Under the pieces are notes generated by a model. It searched no databases. It saw only the letters and a program-made list of their open reading frames with translations, and was not told where the DNA came from. Shown one piece after another: positions 12,681 to 23,700 of a DNA stretch of 64,000 nucleotides (position 1 is the first letter of the stretch; each line of letters starts with the position of its first letter). The translations under genes were made by a program, and so were the position numbers. Origin of the DNA: Marsupella aquatica (Eukaryota; Plantae; Marchantiophyta); NCBI GenBank assembly GCA_973895155.1, contig OZ316896.1, forward strand, positions 17,534,754 through 17,598,753, in the 5' to 3' direction.

Positions 12681-13847
12681 ACCTCGCTGCTTCACAGAAG
12701 GTTCGAGCAGTTAGCACTCCTCTTTGCTGGTCGCTGCTGCACTGATTGCTCACAGGTAGACTTCCCTTTCACCACAGAAAATCCCACCAGAACTTCAATC
12801 AGCTACCGATGGTGGCAGTAGGCAGCAGTAAGGAGTTCCCCCGAGAGTAAACAAGTTTGCGATTGATGGCAAACTTAGGAGGTCAGTCCTAGGGCAGCTT
12901 CCAATTGCCCACAATACAATGCGCGGCCCTCCTCCACCCTAAAATGTAGTCCCAAGTCTAAGCTGAAATCCACAGAGAAAACCCCAAGGGCCAACTAAAC
13001 GCCCGATGCTACTTGTGCGGATGTGTGTGCGACTGCGCTGTGCCTCTTTTTGCCTTGAAAACCTCCACATTCGATATGCTCTTCCCGATGTTATTTGGGA
13101 AAATGGAATCCAATGAGCCAGGAGTGCTTGGGGAGGTTCCCGCCCGTGACAAAGACCAGGGCCGGGGGATTGAGGGGATTACATGTGCTCAACGTGTGGA
13201 TGGTGGAGATTGCATCCAAACGGGACTATGAACGGGAACAACTCAGACCATCCAGATGAAGGGAGACTAGGGCCTTATTCCCCCAATTAAGGACTTAAGA
13301 AGGCGTTGTTAATAGGGGTGGGGAAAACTTTGCACCACCCAGTACTATTTTCTCACCCCCAAAAGTGCACATATTACTAAGACGCCCTGTAGAGGAATTC
13401 AAATTCTGATAAGCCCCCTTCAATTGCAAAGCAATCCATCAGCCGTAAGCAGGAGAAATCATTATTTATGTTTGCCTTAGTTAAAGTCAAGGTAGCGGCC
13501 TAAATAAAATTGTTTCAGAGGTAATTTAAAGAAGTTAGTAAGCTTAAAAAAATACGAATTATAAACCGGCCCACTACAATAAATGATAAAAATTGAGAAC
13601 TTCAGCACATCTGGACTCTAATGGAATATTAATTTTCTTGTCTCATAATCAATCACACACCTGACAGATCGACCACACCAGAACACGAGTCATTATGTAT
13701 GGCAGACATGACTATCGCATTGACATCTCTAATGACTGTTTTGCATGTCATTTAGGGTTTTTGACGGCTATTGGCACTCCACAAATAACCACAAACTTTA
13801 ATTGCAACCCTAAACCCCACACCATGTGGGGCGGGTAGCATCCTTAT

Positions 13848-14175
13848 CTCGGGGGGGTCACTATATGGAGGGTCATACATCGCGTGCGACGTTTTAGGGT
13901 TTGACCCCCCTAACTTTAAAGTGAAAAATATTTTTTTGCAAAGCCCTTTCTTTCTTAAAAATTTGTCATTTTTTATTAAAAAACCCCTAAAAACTTTATA
14001 GAAAGTATTTTTTGCAATTAAATAGGCCTATGTGTTCTTTAAAGTCGACCAATCAATAAAACATGCCCTATGTGTTCTTCCACCAAACTTTGGAAGTCTT
14101 CCGCCACACCCATTTAAATGGGCCTATACTTCGTCGCACGTGATGTGTCACTTCCGTGGAAGTGACCCCCCCGAG
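13848..14175. mobile_element. 328-bp MITE nested in the CACTA subterminal array
   Basis: Perfect 15-bp TIR CTCGGGGGGGTCACT / AGTGACCCCCCCGAG, extending imperfectly to about 44 bp. The 8-bp TSD ATCCTTAT lies at 13840-13847 and 14176-14183. The interior is AT-rich and non-coding. Confidence 0.9.
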
Positions 14176-14199
14176 ATCCTTATTAGTGGCCCCTATCAC

Positions 14200-16790
14200 C
14201 AGGCAAGATAGCCGATCAGCACCCTGAGGCTCCAAAGAGGCATATTGTCCATGGCATGCATGACTCCCGCATTGACATGAACAATGACTAGTTTCTAAGT
14301 CATTGGCATAAATGACATGTCAACGCACTACACAAATGACGACTGAGAAATTTCAGTCACCTAGGGAAAAAACTGAAAATTCCTTGGGAATGACAAAACG
14401 GGAGGGAATTGGACCCCTTTGGACAAATCATTCCAAAGTAGTAAAAGTTGGGAGTGTTTTTCCCGAGGTTTGGTGATGCCCTTGCTTGATGTAAAAAGTT
14501 GGCTACAAAAACCCTTTAGGAGACAAAGTGGCATGACTAGTGGCCCAGGGTTCATGAGTACCCTATCCCGCACCATGTGGAGTGGATATCATCCCCAATG
14601 GCCGGCTACAATCACAAATATTGTCAATCAGCCCCCGATGGCCCGAATGAGTCATATTGTCCATGGCATGCATGACTGCAACATTGACATCATGAATGAC
14701 GGGATTTTGTGTCATTAGCACCAATGACGTCTCCCGGCACTCCATAAATGACAAAAACTTTTAGTCACGTGCACAAATGACTCCAAATCCCTTGCAAATG
14801 ACCAAATGGGGGTTATTTTCATCCCTTTGGACAAATGAGTCCAAAGTCATACAACTTGGGAGTGTTTTGCCCAAAGTTGGGTGATGCTCTTCCAAGGTGC
14901 AAAATGTGTGTTTTAAAAAGCTTTGTGGAGGCCAAGTGGTAAAACTAGTGGCCCAGGGTTGTTGAGTACCCTATCCCACACCATGTGGAGTGGGTAGCAT
15001 CCCTAATGGTGGGCTACGATCATGGATATGGCCAGTCGACCCCCGGAGGCCCCAAAGAGTCATATTGTCCATGGCATGCATGACTGCAATAGTGACATCA
15101 TGAATGACCTATTTTTGTGTCATTTACATGAATGACGTCTCCCAGCACTCCCTAAATGACACAAACCCTTAGTCACGTGCACAAATGACTCTAGATCCCT
15201 TGCCAATGACTCACAATAGTGGTTTGCACCCCTTCAAGCAAATGACTCCAAAGTCATACAACTTGGGAGTGTTTTGCCCAAAGTTGGGTGATGCCCTTCC
15301 AAGATGTAAAATGTGTGCTTTAAAAAGTGTTGTGGAGGCCAAGTGGCATAACTAGTGGCTCAGGGTGTACAAGTACCCCATCTCGCACCATGTGGAGTGG
15401 GTAGCATCCCTAATGGCCGGCTACGATCACGTATATTGCGAATAAGCCCCCAAAGGCCCCAAGGAGTCATATTGTCCATGGCATGCTTGACTGCCGCATT
15501 GACATCATCAATGACTCATATTTGTGTCATTTGCTTAAATGACACCCCTTGGCACTCCACAAATGACAAAAACCTTTAGTCACACGCACAAATGACTCAA
15601 GATCCCTTGCAAATGACCAAATTAGAATGATTTGCACCCTTTTGGGCAAATGACTCCAAAGTCATACAACTTGGGAGTGTTTTGCCCAAAGTTGGGTGAT
15701 GCCCTTCCATGATGCAAAATGTGTGTTTTAAAAAGTGTTGTGGAGGCCAAGTGGCATAACTAGTGGCTCAGGGTGTACAAGTACCCCATCCCGCACCATG
15801 TGGAGTGGGTAGCATCCCTAATGGCCGGCTACGATCACGTATATTGCGAATAAGCCCCCAAAGGCCCCAAGGAGTCATATTGTCCATGGCATGCTTGACT
15901 GCCGCCTTGACATCATCAATGACTCATATTTGTGTCATTTGCTTAAATGACACCCCTCGGCACTCCACAAATGACAAAAACCTTTAGTCAAGCGCACAAA
16001 TGACTCTATATCCCTTGCAAATGACAAAATGCGAGTGGTTTGCACCCCTTTGGGCAAATGACTCCAAAGTCATACAACTTGGGAGTGTTTTGCCCAAAGT
16101 TGGGCCATGCCCTTCGAAGGTGAAAAAGTTGGGTCATAAAAATTATTGCGAGGCCAAATTGAGATAACTAGTGGCCCAGAGTTTAGGTGTACCCTACCCC
16201 GCACCATGTGGAGTGGGTAGCATCCCTAATGGTGGGCTACAATCATGGATATGGCCAATCTACCCCCGGAGGCCCCAAGGAGTCATATTGTCCATGGCAT
16301 GTATGACTGCAACAGTGACATCATGAATGACATATTTTTGTGTCATTCGCATGAATGACGTCTCCCAGCACTCCCTAAATGACACAAACCCTTAGTCACA
16401 TGCACAAATGACTCTAGATCCCTTGCCAATGACTCACAATAGTGGTTTGCACCCCTTCAAGCAAATGACTCCAAAGTCATACAACTTGGGAGTGTTTTGC
16501 CCAAAGTTGGGTGATGCCCTTCCATGATGCAAAATGTGTATTTTAAAAAGTGTTGTGGAGGCCAAATGGCATAACGAGTGGCCCAGGGTTGTCAAGTACC
16601 CTATCCCGCACCATGTGAAGTGGGTATCATCCTTAATGGCCGGCCCCTACCACCAATGGGGTCAATCAGCCACCAAAGGCTCTTAAGAGTCATATTCTGC
16701 ATGGCATACATGACCACAACATTGACATCCCAAATGACATTTGCATAAATGACATCTAGCAGCACTTGTCAAATGACTAGAAAGTTGAGT
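14200..16790. repeat. Tandem array of ~408-bp units (about 6 copies) in the CACTA right subterminal region
   Basis: The anchor catattgtccatggcatg recurs near 14240, 14650, 15060, 15465, 15875, 16280 and 16690. The near-identical ORFs at 15355 and 15763 are exactly 408 bp apart. Each unit carries many ATGAC/GTCAT motifs. Confidence 0.93.
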
Positions 16791-17635
16791 GAGAGCAAAA
16801 ATGATTGGGAATCCTTTGCAAATAACATGAATAATATATTGAAAAAAATGACATGAGCAAATATAGGCATGTAGTACCTAAATTCTAAACCTTAAACCCT
16901 AGACCTATGCCCGAGAGTGTTATTTGGCAACCTTGCATGCCCCCATATATACTCCAACATGTGAAATGTGAATACAGCTTAAGGAATGTAAACACTTCAG
17001 GAGTCCTTGGCATATATACGAAAGATGTAATAAATGGGTGCAAGTATATATAAATGTACATACTTATTAGAGATTATCAAGCCTTTAAGTTGTACATCAA
17101 TTTAATGATGAGACTCACAACAAAAGATGGCTTGTTAGGTCTCTAAATGTATTTCAAATCTAATATGTGAGTGCCACTAGTCGTTATATATACTACCATA
17201 CATTTTGGATGACTAATCATACCCTAAACCCTAAAACATATACTAAACCATAAACTTAAAAATAGTCATATGTTGTTTATCATGTCATTTATCACTTTTG
17301 GTTTAAATGACTACTAACATTTTAAAACACTGATATTTGCATATTTGATTTATTAGTCATTAGTCATCGTTGTCTGAAATGACTTCCCATATGTGAAACA
17401 CTGATATGATAGAGTTTTTGTTAATTGTGTCATTCACAAAGACTGTCCAAAATGACTACAACTCATGATTGTTGTCATTATAGCAGTCAAAGTCATTTGG
17501 CTCATTGGTTTAAATGACACTATTGCAAGTATTAGTCATTTTTTGCACCCCGTCATTTTGGACAGTCATTTCAATGTCATTAATGTTATGTCATTTACAT
17601 ATTTTATCATTTGAGCACATAAGTCATATGTGTCA

Positions 17636-17666
17636 TAGTCATAAAAGGCCCCATTTTCTACTAGTG
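17636..17666 (-). repeat. Right terminal inverted repeat of the CACTA element
   Basis: Reverse complement reads cactagtagaaaatggggccttttatgacta and is followed by the TSD CAC. Confidence 0.9.
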
Positions 17667-18409
17667 CACAATTCCATTGCGGAAGTCTTGGTGGATGTGT
17701 TCTCATCGACGGGCCAGGATGTTGTGATGGAAGTGTTGTTATTTGGGCCAGGTTGTTCTTGAAGAATTATTGAAGTACATTTTGCAAAAGTGTTGAGATT
17801 TCATGCAGCTAAGTTGTGGTGTGCCCTGAACATTGTGAGGCCAGGTACTTAGCCAGACTGCTATAATTGCAGAAGGAATGAATGTTTTTAATAAATGGGG
17901 ATGAACAATAAGACTGGGATGACAACTGAAGGGTAGACAAAGAAAAACATTTGCAAGAAACAAAGCCAAACTATGGCAAGATTGGGAGCCAAATAAAGTC
18001 CAAATATGGGGAAAGATCTAGATTCAAAAGGGTGCCCACTCCACACACAGGGCAAGCGATCAAATAAAGAGCCCAGCAAAACTTGACAGTATTTATGTAC
18101 ATCGCCGAATGTGCTCAACATATGTCTAAGAGCGAATGTTTGTCTTCGAGATCCCTAACCGATTCTGCACGACTGCACAAGAGTGCATGTTGAACACAAT
18201 AATAATGGATAAGCGATCGACTAACTGCAGCTACATAATGGAACACGATTCCATATTGTACTAATAGATCATGAATACCCTCCTAAAGTATGCAGTACAA
18301 TCTTACATAGAGCCACAAGTGAACAAATCTCCTTAGCGCGGGATCTAGAGTTTCAAAGCAAATGGGCGGCCGGCCCGAAAACAAAAGTGGAGTTTTACTG
18401 TAGTGTAGC

Positions 18410-19495
18410 TCAAAGCTGAATGGGGCACATCACAAAAGTACTGTGCCGAGGAAGGAAAGAAGTAGGGTGTGGTACTCTCTCCCACACAATCTCTCGGCTC
18501 GCAGATCCAAACCCTCTACTTTGTATCATGCAGTAACCATCCTTGAGTGCGTCGTCTTTCCAACGTGCAATTGCTATGAGCTCGTTGTTCAGTTTAAGGA
18601 GATACAACGGTTCAACGACAATGGGTTTGCTGATAGTTCCTGCTGCACGTTTGATTCTCCTTGAGATGGCATCGGGGATGGCATGACATATTGTAGAAGT
18701 GTTTGTACTATAATCGTAGTATAACACATGCTGATAGTTGGCACGGGTTAAGATTCTGTAGTAGCCTTTTGAGTTACCCGAAAACCGTCTCTGGGGAATT
18801 TTGTCCACTTCAAGCTGATTATGTGATTGTACCAGTACCCATCTCATTCGATTTCCGATTTTAGAATATTTGTACCAAGAAGACAGGAACCAGCATGCGC
18901 TTCCCCTCCGCACGAACGTTTCAGCTCCCCTTCTAGAACCACACAGAAAGTCAATTTCTTCCTCACTACTTGGTTGAAGTTCTAGAAAACTGCGGCCTGT
19001 CTGGACTTCCCAGTGTCCGTGCCCAGCCAGATCCAACACAAGAGTCTGAATGGCATCCCCGTAGCTGCAGGTGCATGGGCCGCTGGGACGTCGCGGTTCA
19101 ATGTGCAAGTTAGTGCATGCAGAACAATCGCAGTCACAACCAGCCTTCGAGAGGTATAGTTTTCCCTTTGATGTGAGAAATTGGGAGAACCAAGAGATTC
19201 CACCAAGACTAGGGGGAATTGGAGGAAGCCGATAGAAAGTTTTCTCTCTCATGCAATAGAGAGAAGCCACGAGCTTGTAGGAACCATGATCACGGTGTTT
19301 GATAACGACTAGCGTTTCTGTTGTTTTGGAGCGAATTCTTTCATCATAGACCTCCCGGCTTTGGATTGCTTTTTGCCAAGTTCGGCTCACTGACGCTAGC
19401 ACGTGAAAAGCTCTCCATGACAACTTTGGGACAATGTGGGTCAACGTCACGTCGTCAACTATCCCTGGAAGAAGCTCTTCCTTAAGATCAGTCAT
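18410..19495 (-). CDS. F-box protein, F-box/kelch-like, divergent C-terminus, single exon, 361 aa
   Basis: The N-terminus LLPGIVDDVTLTHIVPKLSWRAFHVLASVSRTWQKAIQS is a plant F-box(kelch)-type motif followed by an LPPIP motif. The ATG-to-TGA ORF is intact. Confidence 0.75.
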   Translation of the reverse strand: MTDLKEELLPGIVDDVTLTHIVPKLSWRAFHVLASVSRTWQKAIQSREVYDERIRSKTTETLVVIKHRDHGSYKLVASLYCMREKTFYRLPPIPPSLGGISWFSQFLTSKGKLYLSKAGCDCDCSACTNLHIEPRRPSGPCTCSYGDAIQTLVLDLAGHGHWEVQTGRSFLELQPSSEEEIDFLCGSRRGAETFVRRGSACWFLSSWYKYSKIGNRMRWVLVQSHNQLEVDKIPQRRFSGNSKGYYRILTRANYQHVLYYDYSTNTSTICHAIPDAISRRIKRAAGTISKPIVVEPLYLLKLNNELIAIARWKDDALKDGYCMIQSRGFGSASREIVWERVPHPTSFLPRHSTFVMCPIQL

Positions 19496-19653
19496 TTTGT
19501 TCTTGCAGTCTATCTTGCGAAACCTGCAGATCTAGGCGGTCTACTCAACAAGGTAATTGGATTAGAATTTTGGCTGTATTTAGTTTGATCATAAACGTCA
19601 AACAAATATATATGTCCCGGGCCTCTACTTAATTAATTATATATGAGAGAGCT

Positions 19654-20846
19654 ACTTAAAGTGGAGATGCATGGAATATGGAAGTAACCTAGCTTGAAAA
19701 TTGAATGAAGGTTTGGAGGGATGGAAGATCCGCGATCTAGGTCGAGATCTAGGTCAAACAGAAGGATGGAAAAGGAGATGAAGGATCAAGCAAATGATAT
19801 TGGACAACACAATTCGAGACAAATGATAATTAAGGTGGACGTGAAAAGGGCCTGAGCGTTAGCGCAGCATTAACGAGTACGAAAGAAAAATCATAAATAA
19901 ATGTACAGAGCAGATGCCCCCAGGACGGTGTTGACAGAGTGAAAGAACATTCCGAACTGTCTAACGATCGAAGACGACACATGATTGATTTCGAAGGATT
20001 GATGCTCTGGAAGGAAGACACTTCAAGAACATGAAGATTATAGGGACGTACGTAGATTCAGGAAATCTTCTCGAACGAAGGCAAATTTAGAGACAGCACA
20101 GTCTGAGCAAGGCGTTGTAAGATCCTAACGTGGATCAGACTAAAACGTTCTCGATATATTGTTTGCAGCTTCAACTCAACACATCTTGCAGGTCCACAAT
20201 GTCTCCAGCCTTTCCATCTATGTCAGATCCAGCTAGAGCTGAGCACGTACAAGCAGGCACTCAAGAGCTGTGTCAGTACAGCAAGATGCTGAATGCTCAA
20301 ACTTGCAGAACTGAGATACGGTGTGCTCAAAGAAGAGATGAGCTCCTAATGAGGACGAATCTAGCCAGGACTTCCTTATATATAAATTGAGAGCAAAACT
20401 GATCAATGAATGGTTTCTTCACTTTACTTGGTATACGTAATATTCCCCTCACCATAGTAGTTGGTATTCCTCTGACCATATATAGTAGCCTAAGAGTTTC
20501 TTATTGTCCCTTGGTATTCATGTATAAGGGTTTCTTACTAATGTCCCTTGGTCTTTTGTATGGTAGGTAGTTGAAGGAAACTAAGTCCAGATGGACCTCC
20601 ACTTTGTTTATGAAGCCCAGATGGACTGACAAAGCTTGGATGGACTTGCTCAGAACATTTAACTGACTCGGATAATATTGTTACACTTTTGGCTGAAATG
20701 TTATCTGTAAATCATGGTCTCCTTACTGTTTGCAGCCTGTTTTAATTACATTATAGAGTCTCCTTGCTGTTTGCAGCCTGTTTTAATTAGTCTCCTTATT
20801 GTTTGCAGCCGGTAACTTCCATATTCCATGCATCTCCTGTTTAAGT
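19654..20846. mobile_element. Putative non-autonomous TIR element (~1.2 kb)
   Basis: 36-bp inverted repeat acttaaagtggagatgcatggaatatggaagtaacc versus the reverse complement of 20811-20846 (3 mismatches). TTAA occurs at both outer ends. No coding sequence recognised. Confidence 0.5.
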
Positions 20847-23479
20847 CATCCACTACTCCAGCCTCTATGGTTCCCTATACGAGGCCCAATACAAGGGTAC
20901 CCAGGGCATGCGTGACCCTAAACCCTGAACCCCACCTAAACCCTAAGGCCTATTACATAGACTTGACATGTGGACCAATATATCAAATTTAGTGACACCT
21001 GTTGGCTGGAGATTGACACAAAGATGAATTAAGATTGAAGGAAGCATCCGACAAGAACAAAGAAAAAAATGGACAAACTAAAGTGTATTGGAATCATTTA
21101 TACAATGAGACTAGGCCTGTGGTGTAGACTCTTAGTTTGGGGGCTAGCTCCTCAGTGTCACTTACTTATAGTAGGGCGTCTCAAGTATTTGAAAAAAAAC
21201 CAAAGGTCTTGGCAAATTAAGAGAGGAATAAAGAGGAGTACAATGGACATTTTCAATATGGTGCAGAGGGTGACTAAGAAAAGGAATTGCAAGCTATTCA
21301 GGGCAATGAATTAAGCGAGTGGACTTTTGAAAGAGCAAAAAGAAGAGGGTAAAGAAGCATTTGCAGTTTTCTCATCACTTTAAATGGTCTCTCAGAAGCG
21401 TCGCCCCACAGTAGTTGAGTGTAGGAGTGTTGTGTCCGGTGTCATGCCAGGAGTTGAAAAGGACTGAGTGTAGCGGTCCGGTGGAACTCCTCTTACAAGT
21501 GAGAATAGTACATTGTGTTGGTAATTGAGGCACATTGATTGGGGCCTGGTGCCATTACAAAAATTATGGTTAACAAATGGATTTGCTGTATGTAACATAA
21601 TTATGTGGACACGCATGAAACATTTGTCATTAGTCTAAAATCAAATACAATGGCCATAGGCCTCCGCAGCTCATAATTTTCCAGATAACTTTGTCAAATC
21701 TGCCAGGAATGGAAAAAAAAACTGCCTTCTTCAAAATTTGACTAAACTATCTTTCTAGAAACTAACCTAAGGTGGGTTGCCAGAAGTTAGATCATTGCAC
21801 ATGTATATATCTACATGGAAGGTTTGATTATAAGGTGCCACTTACATTGTCTGAGTATTATTTTGTAGTCAAATTACGTACATTGGAAATGTCTCCATTT
21901 CGACTTGCATTAGTCCAATGAATACTGGTGCATTCTACAGTTGCAAGTGGTTTGGGGCTCTGTGTTGTTGCAAATGGAAGTGTTGTTGCTTTGGTAGTAA
22001 CGGACCCTCATGGGAAGTTCCTCCCAAAAAGCATGTGTAGCCACATCAGCACTATTAGTCCCAAACAAGAAATGTTCGTCATGCAAGAAGAACAAAACAT
22101 GAATATTTGTGTTTGAGAGAAGTAAAAGAAAACAGTTTTAAAAAGGGAAGAAGAAAAACCCTATAATAAAATTTAAAGAACAATAGAAAACTGAAAAGTA
22201 ACCACTCAAATGAACAAAGAAAGAGGTAAAAATGGATAAAAGGAAATAACCTTGCCTTTGGATAGGTTTATTTATTTATTTATAAGAACCTTTGGATAGG
22301 TTGTCATGGATACATCAATGTTTTATAGTAAATTGTATGAATTTTCTATTCAATTGCCAAAATTTTGAAATAAATATGGGTAGAAAGAAACTCTAGAATT
22401 ACTATGCTATTTACCAAGGTAAAGTAAGAAACACTTTTGGCTACTATGGACCGAGCAATACCAAGGCACCATATGATACCCTTGAACTCCAATGGACAGT
22501 GGGATACCAAGAAAACGTAAGAAACCCTTTCAATTGGTTACTATAACACTTGCATGGACAATCATATAAAGGAGTATCAAGGGAGTGTTCTCCACGTACG
22601 TACTGTTACAATGAATAATCTCCTCTCTTTTTTCTCTCATCTCCATATTCAAACATATTTCAATATACAAGTCTTCATTGACTCTAACTTGTTGATCAAA
22701 TTAATTTACATATCCAAGGGGTCCTCAGCTAGTTGTGTTGTCATGGTGGCTGCGTTGTCATATTGGCGAGGTTATCATTGTGGCCAAGTTCTTGTTGCAA
22801 AATTGTTGTTATTTTTGCTGGTATGTTGCTGTACTTCCCCATGCAAGCATTAAGGAAAGTATGCCATTACAAAAAAAGGTATTTGCAAATATATTGTCAT
22901 TGCATGAAATCTTTATTCATCAAACGTTACAGAAGTTGAAGCAGCAGTAGTAGAGGATGGAAGGTGCACATGGGTTGGAAGAGATCAGGCGAGACTCAAG
23001 GCAAGAGCTTTTGGCCAGAATTTTGGAGACTTTAGCCAGAATTTTGGTGTTGGTGAATCATGAAGGGCGCCAAACAAATTGCGCCCAGCAAGGTTTTGGT
23101 TGATGCACTGACCGCCCGAGTTAGTGACGGTCAAGCTTTGCAGGAACCACAGATTTTTAGTCCCATGACCCAGCCAACATTATTCCCATCATGGGAAATA
23201 CCCGGGCAACAACAACTCGATTGAGACTCCCTAATAACCAAATTGGCAAAAAAGGGGAAAAGAGAAACCTTAAAGCTTAATAAGTTGAAGGTGGGCCATC
23301 TACCTCCCTCAGGATTCAATGAATAGACAACGCTAGCTTTCTTATACACATTGATTAATTTGGCGAGCCCTATGCCTACGCCACCTGAGGGGTGCTGCCC
23401 CCACCGATCGCCTGATCAGCTGAATCAACACCATCAGCGCGGCCCCATCAGCTGCCTCGAGAAATGCCTGACTTCGCTG

Positions 23480-23700
23480 CTTTTTGGACACACGCTTCAC
23501 AGCCATGTCTAAGCAGGCCCGCCATGATTTTGGCCTGCCTCTTGGCTGACAGGTCACAGGAGCAAGCACATTTGCTTTCGCATACTAAAAGTTAGTACAG
23601 AACACGATATGTCCACGAGGTATCTTGCCCATCCAATGATCCATGGCGGCAGCCCGAGGACCAACTCTGTGGGGCCGGGACGATGTTCGTTTCCCCATAG
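23480..23700 (-). pseudogene. Possible degenerate MuDR/MULE transposase C-terminal fragment
   Basis: Mixed-frame remnants LGLP/CRH...YLVDISCSVLTF...LAPVTCQPRGRPKSWR resemble the SWIM-to-RGRPK tail of MuDRA-type proteins. Heavily decayed. Confidence 0.3.

Larger units (their letters stand above)
307..17666 (-). mobile_element. Full-length (17,360 bp) decayed CACTA / En-Spm DNA transposon
   Basis: Left end CACTAGTGGAAAATAG at 307; the right end reverse-complements to CACTAGTAGAAAATGG and ends at 17666. Identical 3-bp flanks CAC (304-306 and 17667-17669) form the TSD. Internal TnpD- and TnpA-like remnants lie on the minus strand, with ATGAC/GTCAT-rich subterminal repeats at both ends. Confidence 0.95.

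Noticed and set aside
14200-16790. CRISPR-like or coding interpretation of the repeat array (ORFs 15355, 15763)
   Set aside because: Whole units are repeated with no unique spacers, the context is eukaryotic, and the ORFs are by-products of the repeat.
17670-18125. Possible decayed LINE 3' end on the minus strand (similar impression at about 63090-63700)
   Set aside because: Only vague compositional resemblance; no RT or endonuclease motif could be read.
20116-20685. Solo-LTR candidate (TGTAA...TTACA, TATA-like motif), with related motifs at about 22410-22540
   Set aside because: Flanks ggcgt and ctttt do not form a TSD, and no PBS, PPT or internal domain was seen; too weak to call.
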